Part shown: positions 27,621 to 36,987 of the stretch, in pieces
Position numbering within the stretch: position 1 is the first letter of the stretch
How the letters are laid out: every line of letters starts with the position of its first letter
Translations under genes and position numbers: made by a program
Notes under the pieces: generated by a model
What the model was told of the DNA's origin: nothing
Databases searched by the model: none
The model's input: only the letters and a program-made list of their open reading frames with translations
DNA from: an uncultured Anaerolineales bacterium
Lineage (GTDB): Bacteria; Chloroflexota; Anaerolineae; Anaerolineales; UBA11858
DNA length: 64,000 nt
NCBI GenBank assembly: GCA_964344175.1
Contig: CAYFMI010000003.1
Coordinates: forward strand, 1,425 to 65,424
Reading direction: 5' to 3'

Positions 27621-28601
27621 CTAGACGCGGCGGTCGATGATATATTGCCCTAACTCGTACAGCGCCTGACGCTCTTTCCCCTCGGGGAGGCCATTGAGAG
27701 CCCGCCAGCCGCGTTCGACAAATTGGCGGGCTTCGTCCAGCGCTTTATGCACTGCGCCGCTGTCGCGAATAGCCTTAACAAGCCGCGTCATACGACCGTC
27801 GTTATTATATTCCCCCCGTAGAACCGCCAACATATCGGCATCATCTGGGTTATTTTCCTGGTAGTAGATCGCCGGTAAAGTCACCAATCCCTGGCGCAAA
27901 TCGCTGGCAACCGGCTTACCCACCGTGGATTGCTCACCGGTGAAATCGAGAATATCATCCACAATCTGGAAGGCCATCCCAATTTCATAACCATACACCC
28001 GCACAGCTTCGACGACTTCATCACCGCTGCCGCTAATCAGCGCTGCCGATTTAGTTGCCAGCACAAACATCGAGGCGGTTTTGGCATAAATGCGGCGGAA
28101 GTAGTTTTCGCGGCTGGATAAGCCCCGGCTGGTGAATAACTGGGTGATTTCTCCATTGACGATAGTCGCCAGAGTCTCTGCAAATATGCGCATCACGGCT
28201 ACCGAATCGGTTTGAGCCGCTAATTCAGCCGCGCGGGCAAAAATATAATCTCCCGCTAAGACAGTCGCGGCAGGTGACCACTGGGCGTTGATGGTGGGAA
28301 TTCCCCGGCGCAACAACGAGCCATCAATCAGGTCATCGTGTACCAGTGTCGCGGTATGCAACATCTCAATGGAGGCTGCCAGGGTTATCAGGCGCTTAAC
28401 CTCGGCCCCCAGCATTCGACCAGTAAGCAAAGCTACAGCCGGGCGAACGCGCTTTCCGCCCGAAGAAACCAGATGTTCTAAAACTTTGTGCAGGTCTTGG
28501 TGGTGCTCTTCAATTTGACCTTGCATCAAGGCCTCAACCCGGCCAATTTGATTTTCAACAAGCGTAAAAAAACTAGTACTCAAACTGATTCTCTCCAACA
28601 A
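27621..28601 (-). CDS. Long-chain trans-polyprenyl diphosphate synthase (hepta/octaprenyl type)
   Basis: 326 aa. First Asp-rich motif LVHDDLIDGSLLRRG and second motif FQIVDDILD. Confidence 0.85.
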   Translation of the reverse strand: MLERISLSTSFFTLVENQIGRVEALMQGQIEEHHQDLHKVLEHLVSSGGKRVRPAVALLTGRMLGAEVKRLITLAASIEMLHTATLVHDDLIDGSLLRRGIPTINAQWSPAATVLAGDYIFARAAELAAQTDSVAVMRIFAETLATIVNGEITQLFTSRGLSSRENYFRRIYAKTASMFVLATKSAALISGSGDEVVEAVRVYGYEIGMAFQIVDDILDFTGEQSTVGKPVASDLRQGLVTLPAIYYQENNPDDADMLAVLRGEYNNDGRMTRLVKAIRDSGAVHKALDEARQFVERGWRALNGLPEGKERQALYELGQYIIDRRV

Positions 28602-29386
28602 AATAATTGCTGTGCGTTCGTTGCAGTGGCTTTGATCACCTTTTCTGGCGGAAGCGCTAATTCTTGAGCGATCTGATCGGCTACATGAACCACGTAGGCC
28701 GGTTCGTTGCGTTTACCTCGGTGAGGGTGCGGTGTCAAAAATGGGCCATCGGTCTCAATGAGCAGACGTTCTAGCGGGGTTGTCCCAACGACGCCCCGCA
28801 GTTCATTGGCATTCTTGAAAGTCACCGGCCCGGTGATACCAATAAAGAAACCATATTCAATAGCTGCCTTCGCCTCAGCCCGATTGCCAGAAAATGAGTG
28901 GATCACGCCGGGGCGGTCAGCGGGCAATTTGGGGCTATTGGCAACGAGCAGATAGATAATCTCCTCGATGCAGGCTCGATCCTCGGGGCTAGCATTTCGG
29001 GTGTGGACAACGACTGGAAGATTGACCTGCCCCGCCAATTTGATTTGCTCCTGAAAGATTCGCTTTTGAAGGCGGCGCGGCGCCCGGTCGCGGTAATAAT
29101 CGAGGCCTATTTCACCGATTGCAACAACTTTTGGGTGTGCGGCCAAAGCTGTCAAAGAATCGAGCGTTTGTGCATCCCAGGTGGTGGCGCTGTTCGGATG
29201 CACGCCTACGGCGGCGTACACCCCCGGGAATCTCTCGGCTAACTCAATCGCTGCGCGACTGGAGGGCAGATCGATGCCCGGAACGAGGATCCGCTCCAGG
29301 CCCGCCTCCCAGGCCCGCGCCACAACCGCGTCGCGATCTCTATCGTAGGCATCAAAATACAAATGGCAATGTGTGTCTGTCAGCAC
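28580..29386 (-). CDS. TatD-family metal-dependent hydrolase/DNase
   Basis: MLTDTHCHLYF, GEIGLDYY, VVVHTR, VIHSFSG, LIETDGPFLTP. Confidence 0.9.
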   Translation of the reverse strand: MLTDTHCHLYFDAYDRDRDAVVARAWEAGLERILVPGIDLPSSRAAIELAERFPGVYAAVGVHPNSATTWDAQTLDSLTALAAHPKVVAIGEIGLDYYRDRAPRRLQKRIFQEQIKLAGQVNLPVVVHTRNASPEDRACIEEIIYLLVANSPKLPADRPGVIHSFSGNRAEAKAAIEYGFFIGITGPVTFKNANELRGVVGTTPLERLLIETDGPFLTPHPHRGKRNEPAYVVHVADQIAQELALPPEKVIKATATNAQQLFCWRESV

Positions 29387-29411
29387 ATCAATTCATTGTG
29401 ACGCCAAGACG

Positions 29412-30833
29412 CTACTCTATCCCAGCAATCCTCAGCCCATCTTGTAATATCGCCTGCACTTTGTCTTGATGCGTGGTTTCGCAATATACCCGGATGATCG
29501 GCTCAGTACCCGAAAAACGGATCAGCAGCCAGCCGCCATCTTCGAGGATGAATTGATAGCCATCGATGGTGACGAAATCAGTCACTTTTAGGCCGCCAAT
29601 TGTTGCGGGGTTGGCGGCGATAATGCGGTCGATCTTATCCTGGCGCTCACCCTGGAAAGGCGTATCGATGCGGTCGTAGTAATGGCCGCCGACCTTACTA
29701 AAAAGCAGATCGATCAGTTCGGAGGGCTTGCGTTGAAGTTGAACCATCATATCAAGGACGAACAGCCCGGCCAGAATGCCATCACGTTCGGGGACATGGC
29801 CGCGAAAAGCATAGCCGCCCGATTCTTCGCCACCGATGAGCGCCTGAGTTTCGACCATTTTTGGCGCGACATATTTGAAACCAACGCCGGTCTCATGCAC
29901 CGGCACATCGTAGATCTTCGCCAGCTTGTTGAGCATTTTCGTGGTTGAGATGGTCTTGACAATCGGGCCGCGCTCGCCGCGCACTTCCAAGAGATAGTAG
30001 GCCAACAGGCCGTATGCGCGCAGTTGGTCGATGAAGCGGCCTTTCTCATCGCCTATGCCCACCCGGTCTGCGTCGCCGTCGTTGATAATGAGCACATCGG
30101 CTTTGTGGTCGAGGGTAGCTTGCAAACCGGCATCCACATTCGGCGGGATCGGCTCCGGGCGGCTCATTTCGGGGAAGATGGGATTGCGCTCGTTATGAAT
30201 TTCGATGACTTCGGTCTTGCCGCCCGCCAGGAGACGGGTAAACCACCCCGCGCCATTGCCCCACATTGGGTCAACCAACACCTTGAGGCCGGCATCCTTG
30301 ATCGGCTGAAGATCGATCAGGGTTTGAATGTGTTTGATGTAATCGGGTGCCGGGTCAAAGCGCACAACCATGCCGCCCGCTTCGGCATCGGCAAACGGCT
30401 TGCGCCTGGCTTCCGACTGGGTGGCCGGAATAAGACTCTCGATTTCTTTGAGTCCAGCCGGTGGAATGGCCCCGCCGTTTTCGTCGCGCACTTTGAAGCC
30501 GTTATCGGTCGGCGGGTTATGTGAAGCCGTGACATTGACCGCGCCAACCGCCTGTCGAGCAACCACCGAATATGAGATCACCGGAGTGGGCGAAGCGCCA
30601 TCGGTCAAATAGACTCGCAGGCCATTTCCGGCCAAGACTTCGGCAACCGCGATGGCAAAATTTTCGCCATGAAAGCGCATATCATAACCTACAATGACCC
30701 ATTGATCTTTATATCCAGATTTCAACAAATAAGTGGCAAAGCCTTGTGCGCAGCGGCGCACATTGGCAAAGGTGTAGTCCTCGGCTATTCTCCCGCGCCA
30801 GCCGTCGGTACCAAATCGAATGTCGTTCGTCAT
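29412..30833 (-). CDS. alpha-D-phosphohexomutase (phosphoglucomutase/phosphomannomutase family)
   Basis: RFGTDGWRG, active-site loop [14 protein letters not shown], metal loop [23 protein letters not shown] upstream. Confidence 0.9.
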   Translation of the reverse strand: MTNDIRFGTDGWRGRIAEDYTFANVRRCAQGFATYLLKSGYKDQWVIVGYDMRFHGENFAIAVAEVLAGNGLRVYLTDGASPTPVISYSVVARQAVGAVNVTASHNPPTDNGFKVRDENGGAIPPAGLKEIESLIPATQSEARRKPFADAEAGGMVVRFDPAPDYIKHIQTLIDLQPIKDAGLKVLVDPMWGNGAGWFTRLLAGGKTEVIEIHNERNPIFPEMSRPEPIPPNVDAGLQATLDHKADVLIINDGDADRVGIGDEKGRFIDQLRAYGLLAYYLLEVRGERGPIVKTISTTKMLNKLAKIYDVPVHETGVGFKYVAPKMVETQALIGGEESGGYAFRGHVPERDGILAGLFVLDMMVQLQRKPSELIDLLFSKVGGHYYDRIDTPFQGERQDKIDRIIAANPATIGGLKVTDFVTIDGYQFILEDGGWLLIRFSGTEPIIRVYCETTHQDKVQAILQDGLRIAGIE

Positions 30834-31240
30834 CGAACCTCCATAATTGCTTGGTTGGAATACAGCAGCAAAAAAGGAATGGCAAATTTAACTTGTCCCT
30901 TTATCTGCGCATCACATCAGTAACTGAGATCGTTATAACGTGGGTATTATATCAAAGGGGATAGAGATTGGGGGTTTGAGGTTACAAATTTAAGACAGAT
31001 AACATGCTATAATCGGCGGGGTGCGTGTTGAAAGGCGGGGTTCTTCCTGTTTTGCAACACGCATGATTGTTTCTAACGATCAGGAGTTTTTCATTTCGAT
31101 GAAGATTATTCTCTACCGCGCATCTGGAGGAAAAAGCTGTGGTGAGCATCCTGAGCAGAATGACATCAGTCGAAGGACACTCACAGGAGCGCTTTTCGAC
31201 TGCACAACCTCCGCTCAGCGTGCTTCTGCGAATGCCTAAC

Positions 31241-32401
31241 ATGAACTCGGAAAAAATTTACCTCGATTACGCAGCCACAACGCCGGTTGACCCGCGCGTG
31301 ATGGAGGCGATACTGCCCTTTTTCACAAAGAAGTTTGGCAATCCATCGTCGATTCATCGTTTTGGTCAGAAGGCTGATGCGGCTCTTGAAAGCGCACGCC
31401 AGAAAATCGCCGAGACGCTGCATTGTGCACCACAGGAAATTTTATTCACTTCTTGCGGCTCTGAGAGTGACAATCTGGCGTTGCGCGGTGCAGCCTGGGC
31501 CGCCCGCCAGCAACGCGGCGCCAACCACATTTTAATCAGCCCGGTAGAACATCATGCTGTCTCACGCACAGCAGAGCAACTGGCAGAATTATTTGGCTTC
31601 AAATTGGAGTATCTATCGATAGATGCATACGGCATCGTTCATCCAGAGGAAGTCGCCCGCCGCCTGCGCCCTGAAACGGCGGTCGTCTCTGTGATTCACG
31701 CCAATAACGAGATCGGCAGCCTCAATCCCATTGCCGAAATCGGCGCAGTGTGCCGCGATCAAGGCATTCCCTTTCATAGCGATTCGGTTCAGGGTGCAGC
31801 ACATTTGCCCATTAACCTACAGGCGCTCAACACTGATTTACTCTCGATAGGAGCGCATAAATTCTACGGGCCAAAAGGTGTTGGGGCGCTGTATGTGCGC
31901 CAGGGTGTAACGATAAAAGCCAGCCAGACCGGCGGCTCACAAGAATTTGGCTTGCGAGCAGGCACACCGAATATTCCGTTGATTGTGGGTATGGCCGAAG
32001 CCCTGCGGCTGGCGCAAAACGAAGCCGCCACCCGGCATGAGCATCTCGTGCCCCTCCGCGATCAAATGATCGGCACGGTACTCGAAGAAATCCCCCGCAC
32101 AAAATTAACCGGGCATCCAAGCCAGCGCTTACCTAACCACGCCAGCTTTGCCTTCGAAGGCGTGGATGGTAATCTATTGTTGATGCTGCTGGATGTGGAA
32201 GGTTTTGCCTGCTCATCCGGGTCGGCCTGTAAAACCGGTAATCCCGAACCGTCTGGAGTGTTGAAGGCGCTGGGTCTGCCGCGTGAATGGGGCTTGGGTT
32301 CTCTACGGGTTACCGTTGGCAAAGACACCTCGGCAGACGATGTGCATAAGTTCTTAAATGTGTTGCCCAAATTGGTTGCTCAAGCCAGGTCGATGAGATA
32401 G
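31241..32401 (+). CDS. Cysteine desulfurase (NifS/IscS class V aminotransferase)
   Basis: MNSEKIYLDYAATTP..., PLP-Lys region SIGAHKFYGPKGVGALY, catalytic Cys loop CSSGSACKTG. Start chosen at ATG 31241 (ATG 31232 is also possible). The long ORF from 31139 adds non-homologous residues. Confidence 0.9.
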   Translation: MNSEKIYLDYAATTPVDPRVMEAILPFFTKKFGNPSSIHRFGQKADAALESARQKIAETLHCAPQEILFTSCGSESDNLALRGAAWAARQQRGANHILISPVEHHAVSRTAEQLAELFGFKLEYLSIDAYGIVHPEEVARRLRPETAVVSVIHANNEIGSLNPIAEIGAVCRDQGIPFHSDSVQGAAHLPINLQALNTDLLSIGAHKFYGPKGVGALYVRQGVTIKASQTGGSQEFGLRAGTPNIPLIVGMAEALRLAQNEAATRHEHLVPLRDQMIGTVLEEIPRTKLTGHPSQRLPNHASFAFEGVDGNLLLMLLDVEGFACSSGSACKTGNPEPSGVLKALGLPREWGLGSLRVTVGKDTSADDVHKFLNVLPKLVAQARSMR

Positions 32402-32409
32402 GTTACCAA

Positions 32410-33495
32410 ATGTCGAGAATCGTTGTTGCGATGTCCGGGGGCGTGGATAGCTCGGTTGCCGCGGCCCTGCTGAAAGAACAAGGCCATGAGGTCATTGGGA
32501 TGATGATGCGTCTGTGGAGCGAACCCGGCAGCGAGGCCGAGAATCGCTGCTGCACCATTGATTCCATGAATCTCGCCCGGCGGGTGGCCGCCCAATTGGA
32601 TATTCCCTTCTATGCTGTTGACGCTAAAGATGTGTTTCGTGAAACAGTTGTCGAATACTTCATAGATGGTTACGTTCAAGGCGTTACGCCTAATCCCTGC
32701 CTGATCTGCAATCGCAAAATCCGCTGGACATTCTTGCTAAAGCAAGCTCTGGCGTTAGGGGCAGAATTTATGGCAACGGGGCATTATGCGCGCTTGCGAG
32801 TCGCGGACAACGGGCAAACAGAGTTACTCAAAGCCGTCGACGATGCCAAAGATCAATCGTATGTGCTGCATGTCCTTAATCAGGATCAACTCAACCGTGC
32901 ACGCTTCCCCCTGGGAACCTACACCAAACCGCAAATTCGCGCCCTGGCGCGCCGGTTCGATCTTCCCGTAGCTGAACGCGCCGACAGTCAAGATTTATGT
33001 TTCTTGGGAAACGGCAGCTATCAAGATTTTCTGTTGCGCAATATTCCTGCAGTGGCGCAGCCCGGCCCAATCGTCAATCTGGCCGGTGAAGAATTAGGAC
33101 AGCATCGGGGTTTAGCCTTTTATACCATTGGGCAACGGCGCGGCCTGGGCATTGCCGCGCCGCAGCCGTTATACGCGCTGCGTAAAAACCCAACCACAAA
33201 TACGCTCATCATCGGTACGAAAGACCAGTTGGGCAACAGCGAACTAAACGCCACCGGAGTTAGCTGGATCAGCGGAGAACCGCCTGTGGAGCCGATACGC
33301 GCCGAAGTCAAGATCCGCTACAAAGCACGCCCGGCCTGGGGATTGGTCACACCACTCGCAGAGGGCGAAGCCCACATTCAATTCGATGAAACCCTGCTCG
33401 ACATCACCCCCGGTCAGGCCGCAGTTTTTTATGATGGCGAGGTCTGCCTGGGTGGAGGTATCATCCATTTTTCAAAGGAGCACATGACAAAATGA
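32410..33495 (+). CDS. mnmA: tRNA 2-thiouridine(34) synthase
   Basis: PP-loop VVAMSGGVDSSVAA, CCTIDS, NPCLICNRKIRW, ATGHYAR. Confidence 0.95.
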   Translation: MSRIVVAMSGGVDSSVAAALLKEQGHEVIGMMMRLWSEPGSEAENRCCTIDSMNLARRVAAQLDIPFYAVDAKDVFRETVVEYFIDGYVQGVTPNPCLICNRKIRWTFLLKQALALGAEFMATGHYARLRVADNGQTELLKAVDDAKDQSYVLHVLNQDQLNRARFPLGTYTKPQIRALARRFDLPVAERADSQDLCFLGNGSYQDFLLRNIPAVAQPGPIVNLAGEELGQHRGLAFYTIGQRRGLGIAAPQPLYALRKNPTTNTLIIGTKDQLGNSELNATGVSWISGEPPVEPIRAEVKIRYKARPAWGLVTPLAEGEAHIQFDETLLDITPGQAAVFYDGEVCLGGGIIHFSKEHMTK

Positions 33496-33950
33496 GCGAC
33501 AAAGAACTACATCGCACATTCGCCGTGTCCTGCTTCAACGCGGCCTGGGATTTAATTGAAAAAACCGACCGCGACAAGGCCGAAGACATCGAAATGATCC
33601 ATTTGGCCCACGCATCGCGCTACCACTGGGGGCAGGCCGGAACCCCACTCAATTTTGCTCGCGGCGACTGGCAGATCTCGCGCGTGTACGCCGTCTTAGG
33701 GTTTGGCGTGATGTCGCACAAATATGCCCAAAGCTGCTTGAATCTTTGCGAAGAACACAACTTCGGTGATTTCGACCTGGCATTTGCCTACGAAGCATTG
33801 GCGCGGTCAAACGCTGTATCGGGTGATATTGCCAAAGCGAAAGGCTATTACTGGCTGGCCCAGGAAACTGGCAAAGAAATTGCCAAAGATGAAGATAGAG
33901 ACTATTTTTTCAAAGAGTTAGAGACGATCTCAGGTTTCGAACGCGCTTGA
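33492..33950 (+). CDS. Conserved hypothetical helical protein
   Basis: 152 aa with an ATGA overlap to mnmA. All-helical composition (…AHASRYHWGQAG…). No catalytic motif recognised. Confidence 0.55.
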   Translation: MSDKELHRTFAVSCFNAAWDLIEKTDRDKAEDIEMIHLAHASRYHWGQAGTPLNFARGDWQISRVYAVLGFGVMSHKYAQSCLNLCEEHNFGDFDLAFAYEALARSNAVSGDIAKAKGYYWLAQETGKEIAKDEDRDYFFKELETISGFERA

Positions 33951-33956
33951 TGGGAA

Positions 33957-33965
33957 TGATATACT
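33957..33965 (+). promoter_or_regulatory. Candidate extended -10 (TGaTATACT) 6 nt before ATG 33972 (leaderless arrangement)
   Basis: aaTGaTATACTaatctcATG. No SD is present. Confidence 0.35.
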
Positions 33966-33971
33966 AATCTC

Positions 33972-34238
33972 ATGACCATTCCCAGCCTGTTGATCGGCCT
34001 GGTTATTTCGAGTCTCTACGCGGCGGTCTTTCATCTGTTGCGCGGCGGCGGCCCAGGTCGGTTGTTGCTCTATATCTTACTCACCTGGATCGGCTTCTGG
34101 GGCGGGCATATTCTGGGAGATTTTCGCAGTTGGCATTTTCTCGGTCTAGGGCCGCTCAATCTGGGCATGGCAACTGTTGGCAGCATTTTTACGCTGGCTA
34201 TTGGCTATTGGTTGAGCCTGGTTGACACCAGTGAATAA
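33972..34238 (+). CDS. Small membrane protein (3 predicted TM helices)
   Basis: 88 aa: MTIPSLLIGLVISSLYAAVFHLL...LLYILLTWIGFWGGHILG...GMATVGSIFTLAIGYWL. Confidence 0.5.
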   Translation: MTIPSLLIGLVISSLYAAVFHLLRGGGPGRLLLYILLTWIGFWGGHILGDFRSWHFLGLGPLNLGMATVGSIFTLAIGYWLSLVDTSE

Positions 34239-34309
34239 CTTTGCAGGGTTGGCCGTCCTAAAATTTTCTACTGCATGACCGCCAATCCCAAATAGAAAAG
34301 GACACCCTA

Positions 34310-36211
34310 ATGCACCGCATTGAATCGTTTCTCTCCGCCCGTCTCTTTCTGGTTCCCGAACTGGTTGATGAGCGCGTTTACTTCATCAGCAACCTCAGCG
34401 GACGACTGAGCCTCTACAGCATGAAGCGCGGCGGCAGCATCCCCCAGCCGCTGTTGCCTCCCGAAATCGCGCTGCAAAATCCTCATCTGGTCGGCAATAT
34501 CTATAAAGTATTCCCTAAGATTGGAAAGATTTTAATCTTGATCGATCAGGATGGGGATGAAGATTACAAACCCATGCTGATCCCAATGGATGGCGGATAC
34601 CCGGAACCGGCTTTCGAAGAATATTTCAATGAGCACCGCTTTTTCTTGATGGATACCATCCCCGATGCGAATCTGGCTTTCTTTCAGGCGGCTTCACATA
34701 AAGAAGCCATAAACTCCGCCCTGAAGGTGAATCTAGCCACTGGTGAAATTACAGATCTTCAACGAAGCATACATGGCGGCTATGTAGATAGCGTCAACGA
34801 AGAGCGCACAAAAATCATCCTGGCCGAGGGGTATTCGCTTGGCGACCATGTCCTCTATTTATGGGAAAACGGCGAACTAAAGCTGCTATTTGGAACCCCA
34901 ATCACCGAACGCCAACCCGATAAAGCCTATCCGCCCAATGGTGTTGGAGAAAGCCATTTCGTACGCGGCGATACTGGCCTTTTGCTGCTGTCTACCCTTT
35001 TCGATGATCGCGGCAGCATTTGCTACTTCGATCTGAATAACCCTGAGGGTATTCGAGAAGTTCCCACACAAGGGAAGGCGCATACCGGCCTGGGAGAAAT
35101 CGAACGTTTGCGACATATTGAGGGTGACCGCTACCTGGTCGGCTACAATATTGACGGGGCCAATTGGGTCTATGAAGGCCGCTTTGACGAACAGGCATTG
35201 ACCTTCCAAATAGAAAACGTCCTCGTCGGTCAGGGAAAAATCTCGAATGGCGTGCTAGAACATCTCAGCTTCGAGAAAATCAGCGGCGATTTCGCCCTAT
35301 CCTTCTCTACGGCGACCTCGCCTACACAAATCTATACTATTGAGGGCGCAGAGCGCACCATTGTACAGCACACCCGCGAGCGCACCCTGGGCATCCCGCA
35401 GTCCCTGCTCTCGGCGGGGGAGGATGCTTCGTATACATCTTTCGACGGGCTGCGCATCTCCGCCCGCCTCTACTTGCCCAACGATTCTGTCGACGCCCAG
35501 GCCCCCTACCCGTTGGTGTACTATGTTCACGGCGGCCCACAGAGCCAGGAACGCCCCGATTTCGCCTGGTTTTCGATGCCCCTGATCCAATTCCTGACTC
35601 TCAATGGATTTGCCGTCTTCGTCCCCAACGTGCGCGGCTCAACCGGTTACGGAATGGCCTATACCAAGAAAGTCGATCAAGATTGGGGCGGCGACGACCG
35701 TCTCGATCATGTTTATGCCATGACCGAGATCTTACCTAAAGACCCGCGCATCGACACCAGCCGGGCCGGCGTTGTGGGCCGTTCCTACGGAGGCTATATG
35801 ACCCTCACATTGGCAGCGCGCCACCCCGAGCTTTGGGCAGCCTCCTGCGATATGTTCGGGCCATACGATCTACTCACCTTCTCAGAGCGCATCCCCGAGA
35901 CCTGGAAGCCTTATTTCAAAATCGCCCTGGCCGACCCCGAGACACCTGAGGGCCGTCAGTTTCTGACCGATCGCTCTCCTCGCACCTACATCGAAAATAT
36001 CGCTGCGCCGATGCTGGTCATCCAAGGAAAGAATGACCCCCGCGTAGTTGAGCAAGAATCACACGATCTTGTCGAACACTTGCGCTCAATTGGCAAAGAG
36101 ATCGAATACCTGATGTTCGAAAATGAAGGCCATGACGTGCTCAAATTCGAAAACCGGGTCACGGTTTACAATGCCATCACCGAATTTTTCAAGAAACACC
36201 TGAGGGCCTGA
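34310..36211 (+). CDS. S9-family serine peptidase (prolyl oligopeptidase / acylaminoacyl-peptidase type, beta-propeller + alpha/beta hydrolase)
   Basis: 633 aa. Nucleophile elbow GRSYGGYM, acid GKNDPRV, His NEGHDV. Confidence 0.9.
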   Translation: MHRIESFLSARLFLVPELVDERVYFISNLSGRLSLYSMKRGGSIPQPLLPPEIALQNPHLVGNIYKVFPKIGKILILIDQDGDEDYKPMLIPMDGGYPEPAFEEYFNEHRFFLMDTIPDANLAFFQAASHKEAINSALKVNLATGEITDLQRSIHGGYVDSVNEERTKIILAEGYSLGDHVLYLWENGELKLLFGTPITERQPDKAYPPNGVGESHFVRGDTGLLLLSTLFDDRGSICYFDLNNPEGIREVPTQGKAHTGLGEIERLRHIEGDRYLVGYNIDGANWVYEGRFDEQALTFQIENVLVGQGKISNGVLEHLSFEKISGDFALSFSTATSPTQIYTIEGAERTIVQHTRERTLGIPQSLLSAGEDASYTSFDGLRISARLYLPNDSVDAQAPYPLVYYVHGGPQSQERPDFAWFSMPLIQFLTLNGFAVFVPNVRGSTGYGMAYTKKVDQDWGGDDRLDHVYAMTEILPKDPRIDTSRAGVVGRSYGGYMTLTLAARHPELWAASCDMFGPYDLLTFSERIPETWKPYFKIALADPETPEGRQFLTDRSPRTYIENIAAPMLVIQGKNDPRVVEQESHDLVEHLRSIGKEIEYLMFENEGHDVLKFENRVTVYNAITEFFKKHLRA

Positions 36212-36213
36212 GT

Positions 36214-36978
36214 CTGAACGTCAAAGCTGGCGAAGTCGTCCACCTGCTCGGCCCGCGCGGCAAGAGCTTCATCGTGCAAATGAAACCCGGCGAGTTACTC
36301 CAAACGCATCATGGATATCTTTTGCACGATGATTTGATCGGCCACCCCTGGGGACGGCAGGCCCACAGTCATCTCGGCAAACCCTTCCTGGTACTCCAGC
36401 CCAACCTTAACGAATTGCTGCTCAACCTGCGCCGCGCCACCACAATTATGTATCCGAAGGATATTAGCTTTATCCTTTTCAACATGACCATTGGCCCCGG
36501 CCAGCGTGTGCTAGAAGCGGGCAGCGGGTCTGGCGGACTGACAATTGCCCTGGCGCATACTGTCGGCACACAGGGGCATGTTTACAGCTACGAGTCCCGC
36601 CGTAAATTTCAGGCAGTGGCACGGCAGAATGTAGAAAGCCTGGGATTGGCTGAACGGGTGACGTTCAAGCAGCGCGATATTGAAGAAGGCTTCGATGAGC
36701 AAGATGTCGACGCGCTCTTTTTAGATCTACCTAACCCCGAGGATTATCTTGCACAGGCGCGTGGCGCGCTCAAAGCAGGCGGCTTCTTTGGCAGTTTGCT
36801 GCCGACTGCGAATCAGGTCACGGAACTCTTGAGTGCTCTCGAAGAACATCAGTTTTCATTTGTCGAAGTTTGTGAAACCATGCTGCGCTATTACAACCCG
36901 GTAGCCGAACGAATGCGCCCCAAGCACCGTATGGTGGCACATACCGGATATTTGATTTTTGCACGACCGATTTCATAG
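36214..36978 (+). CDS. trmI: tRNA (adenine58-N1)-methyltransferase TrmI/GCD14; start uncertain (CTG 36214 proposed, first canonical start is GTG 36274)
   Basis: SAM motif VLEAGSGSGGLTIAL, YPKD, DALFLDLPNP. In-frame residues upstream of GTG 36274 (GEVVHLLGPRGKSFIV) look like the conserved TrmI N-terminal beta-strand. GAGGG lies 7 nt before CTG 36214. Confidence 0.8.
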   Translation: MNVKAGEVVHLLGPRGKSFIVQMKPGELLQTHHGYLLHDDLIGHPWGRQAHSHLGKPFLVLQPNLNELLLNLRRATTIMYPKDISFILFNMTIGPGQRVLEAGSGSGGLTIALAHTVGTQGHVYSYESRRKFQAVARQNVESLGLAERVTFKQRDIEEGFDEQDVDALFLDLPNPEDYLAQARGALKAGGFFGSLLPTANQVTELLSALEEHQFSFVEVCETMLRYYNPVAERMRPKHRMVAHTGYLIFARPIS

Positions 36979-36987
36979 GAGGTAAAA

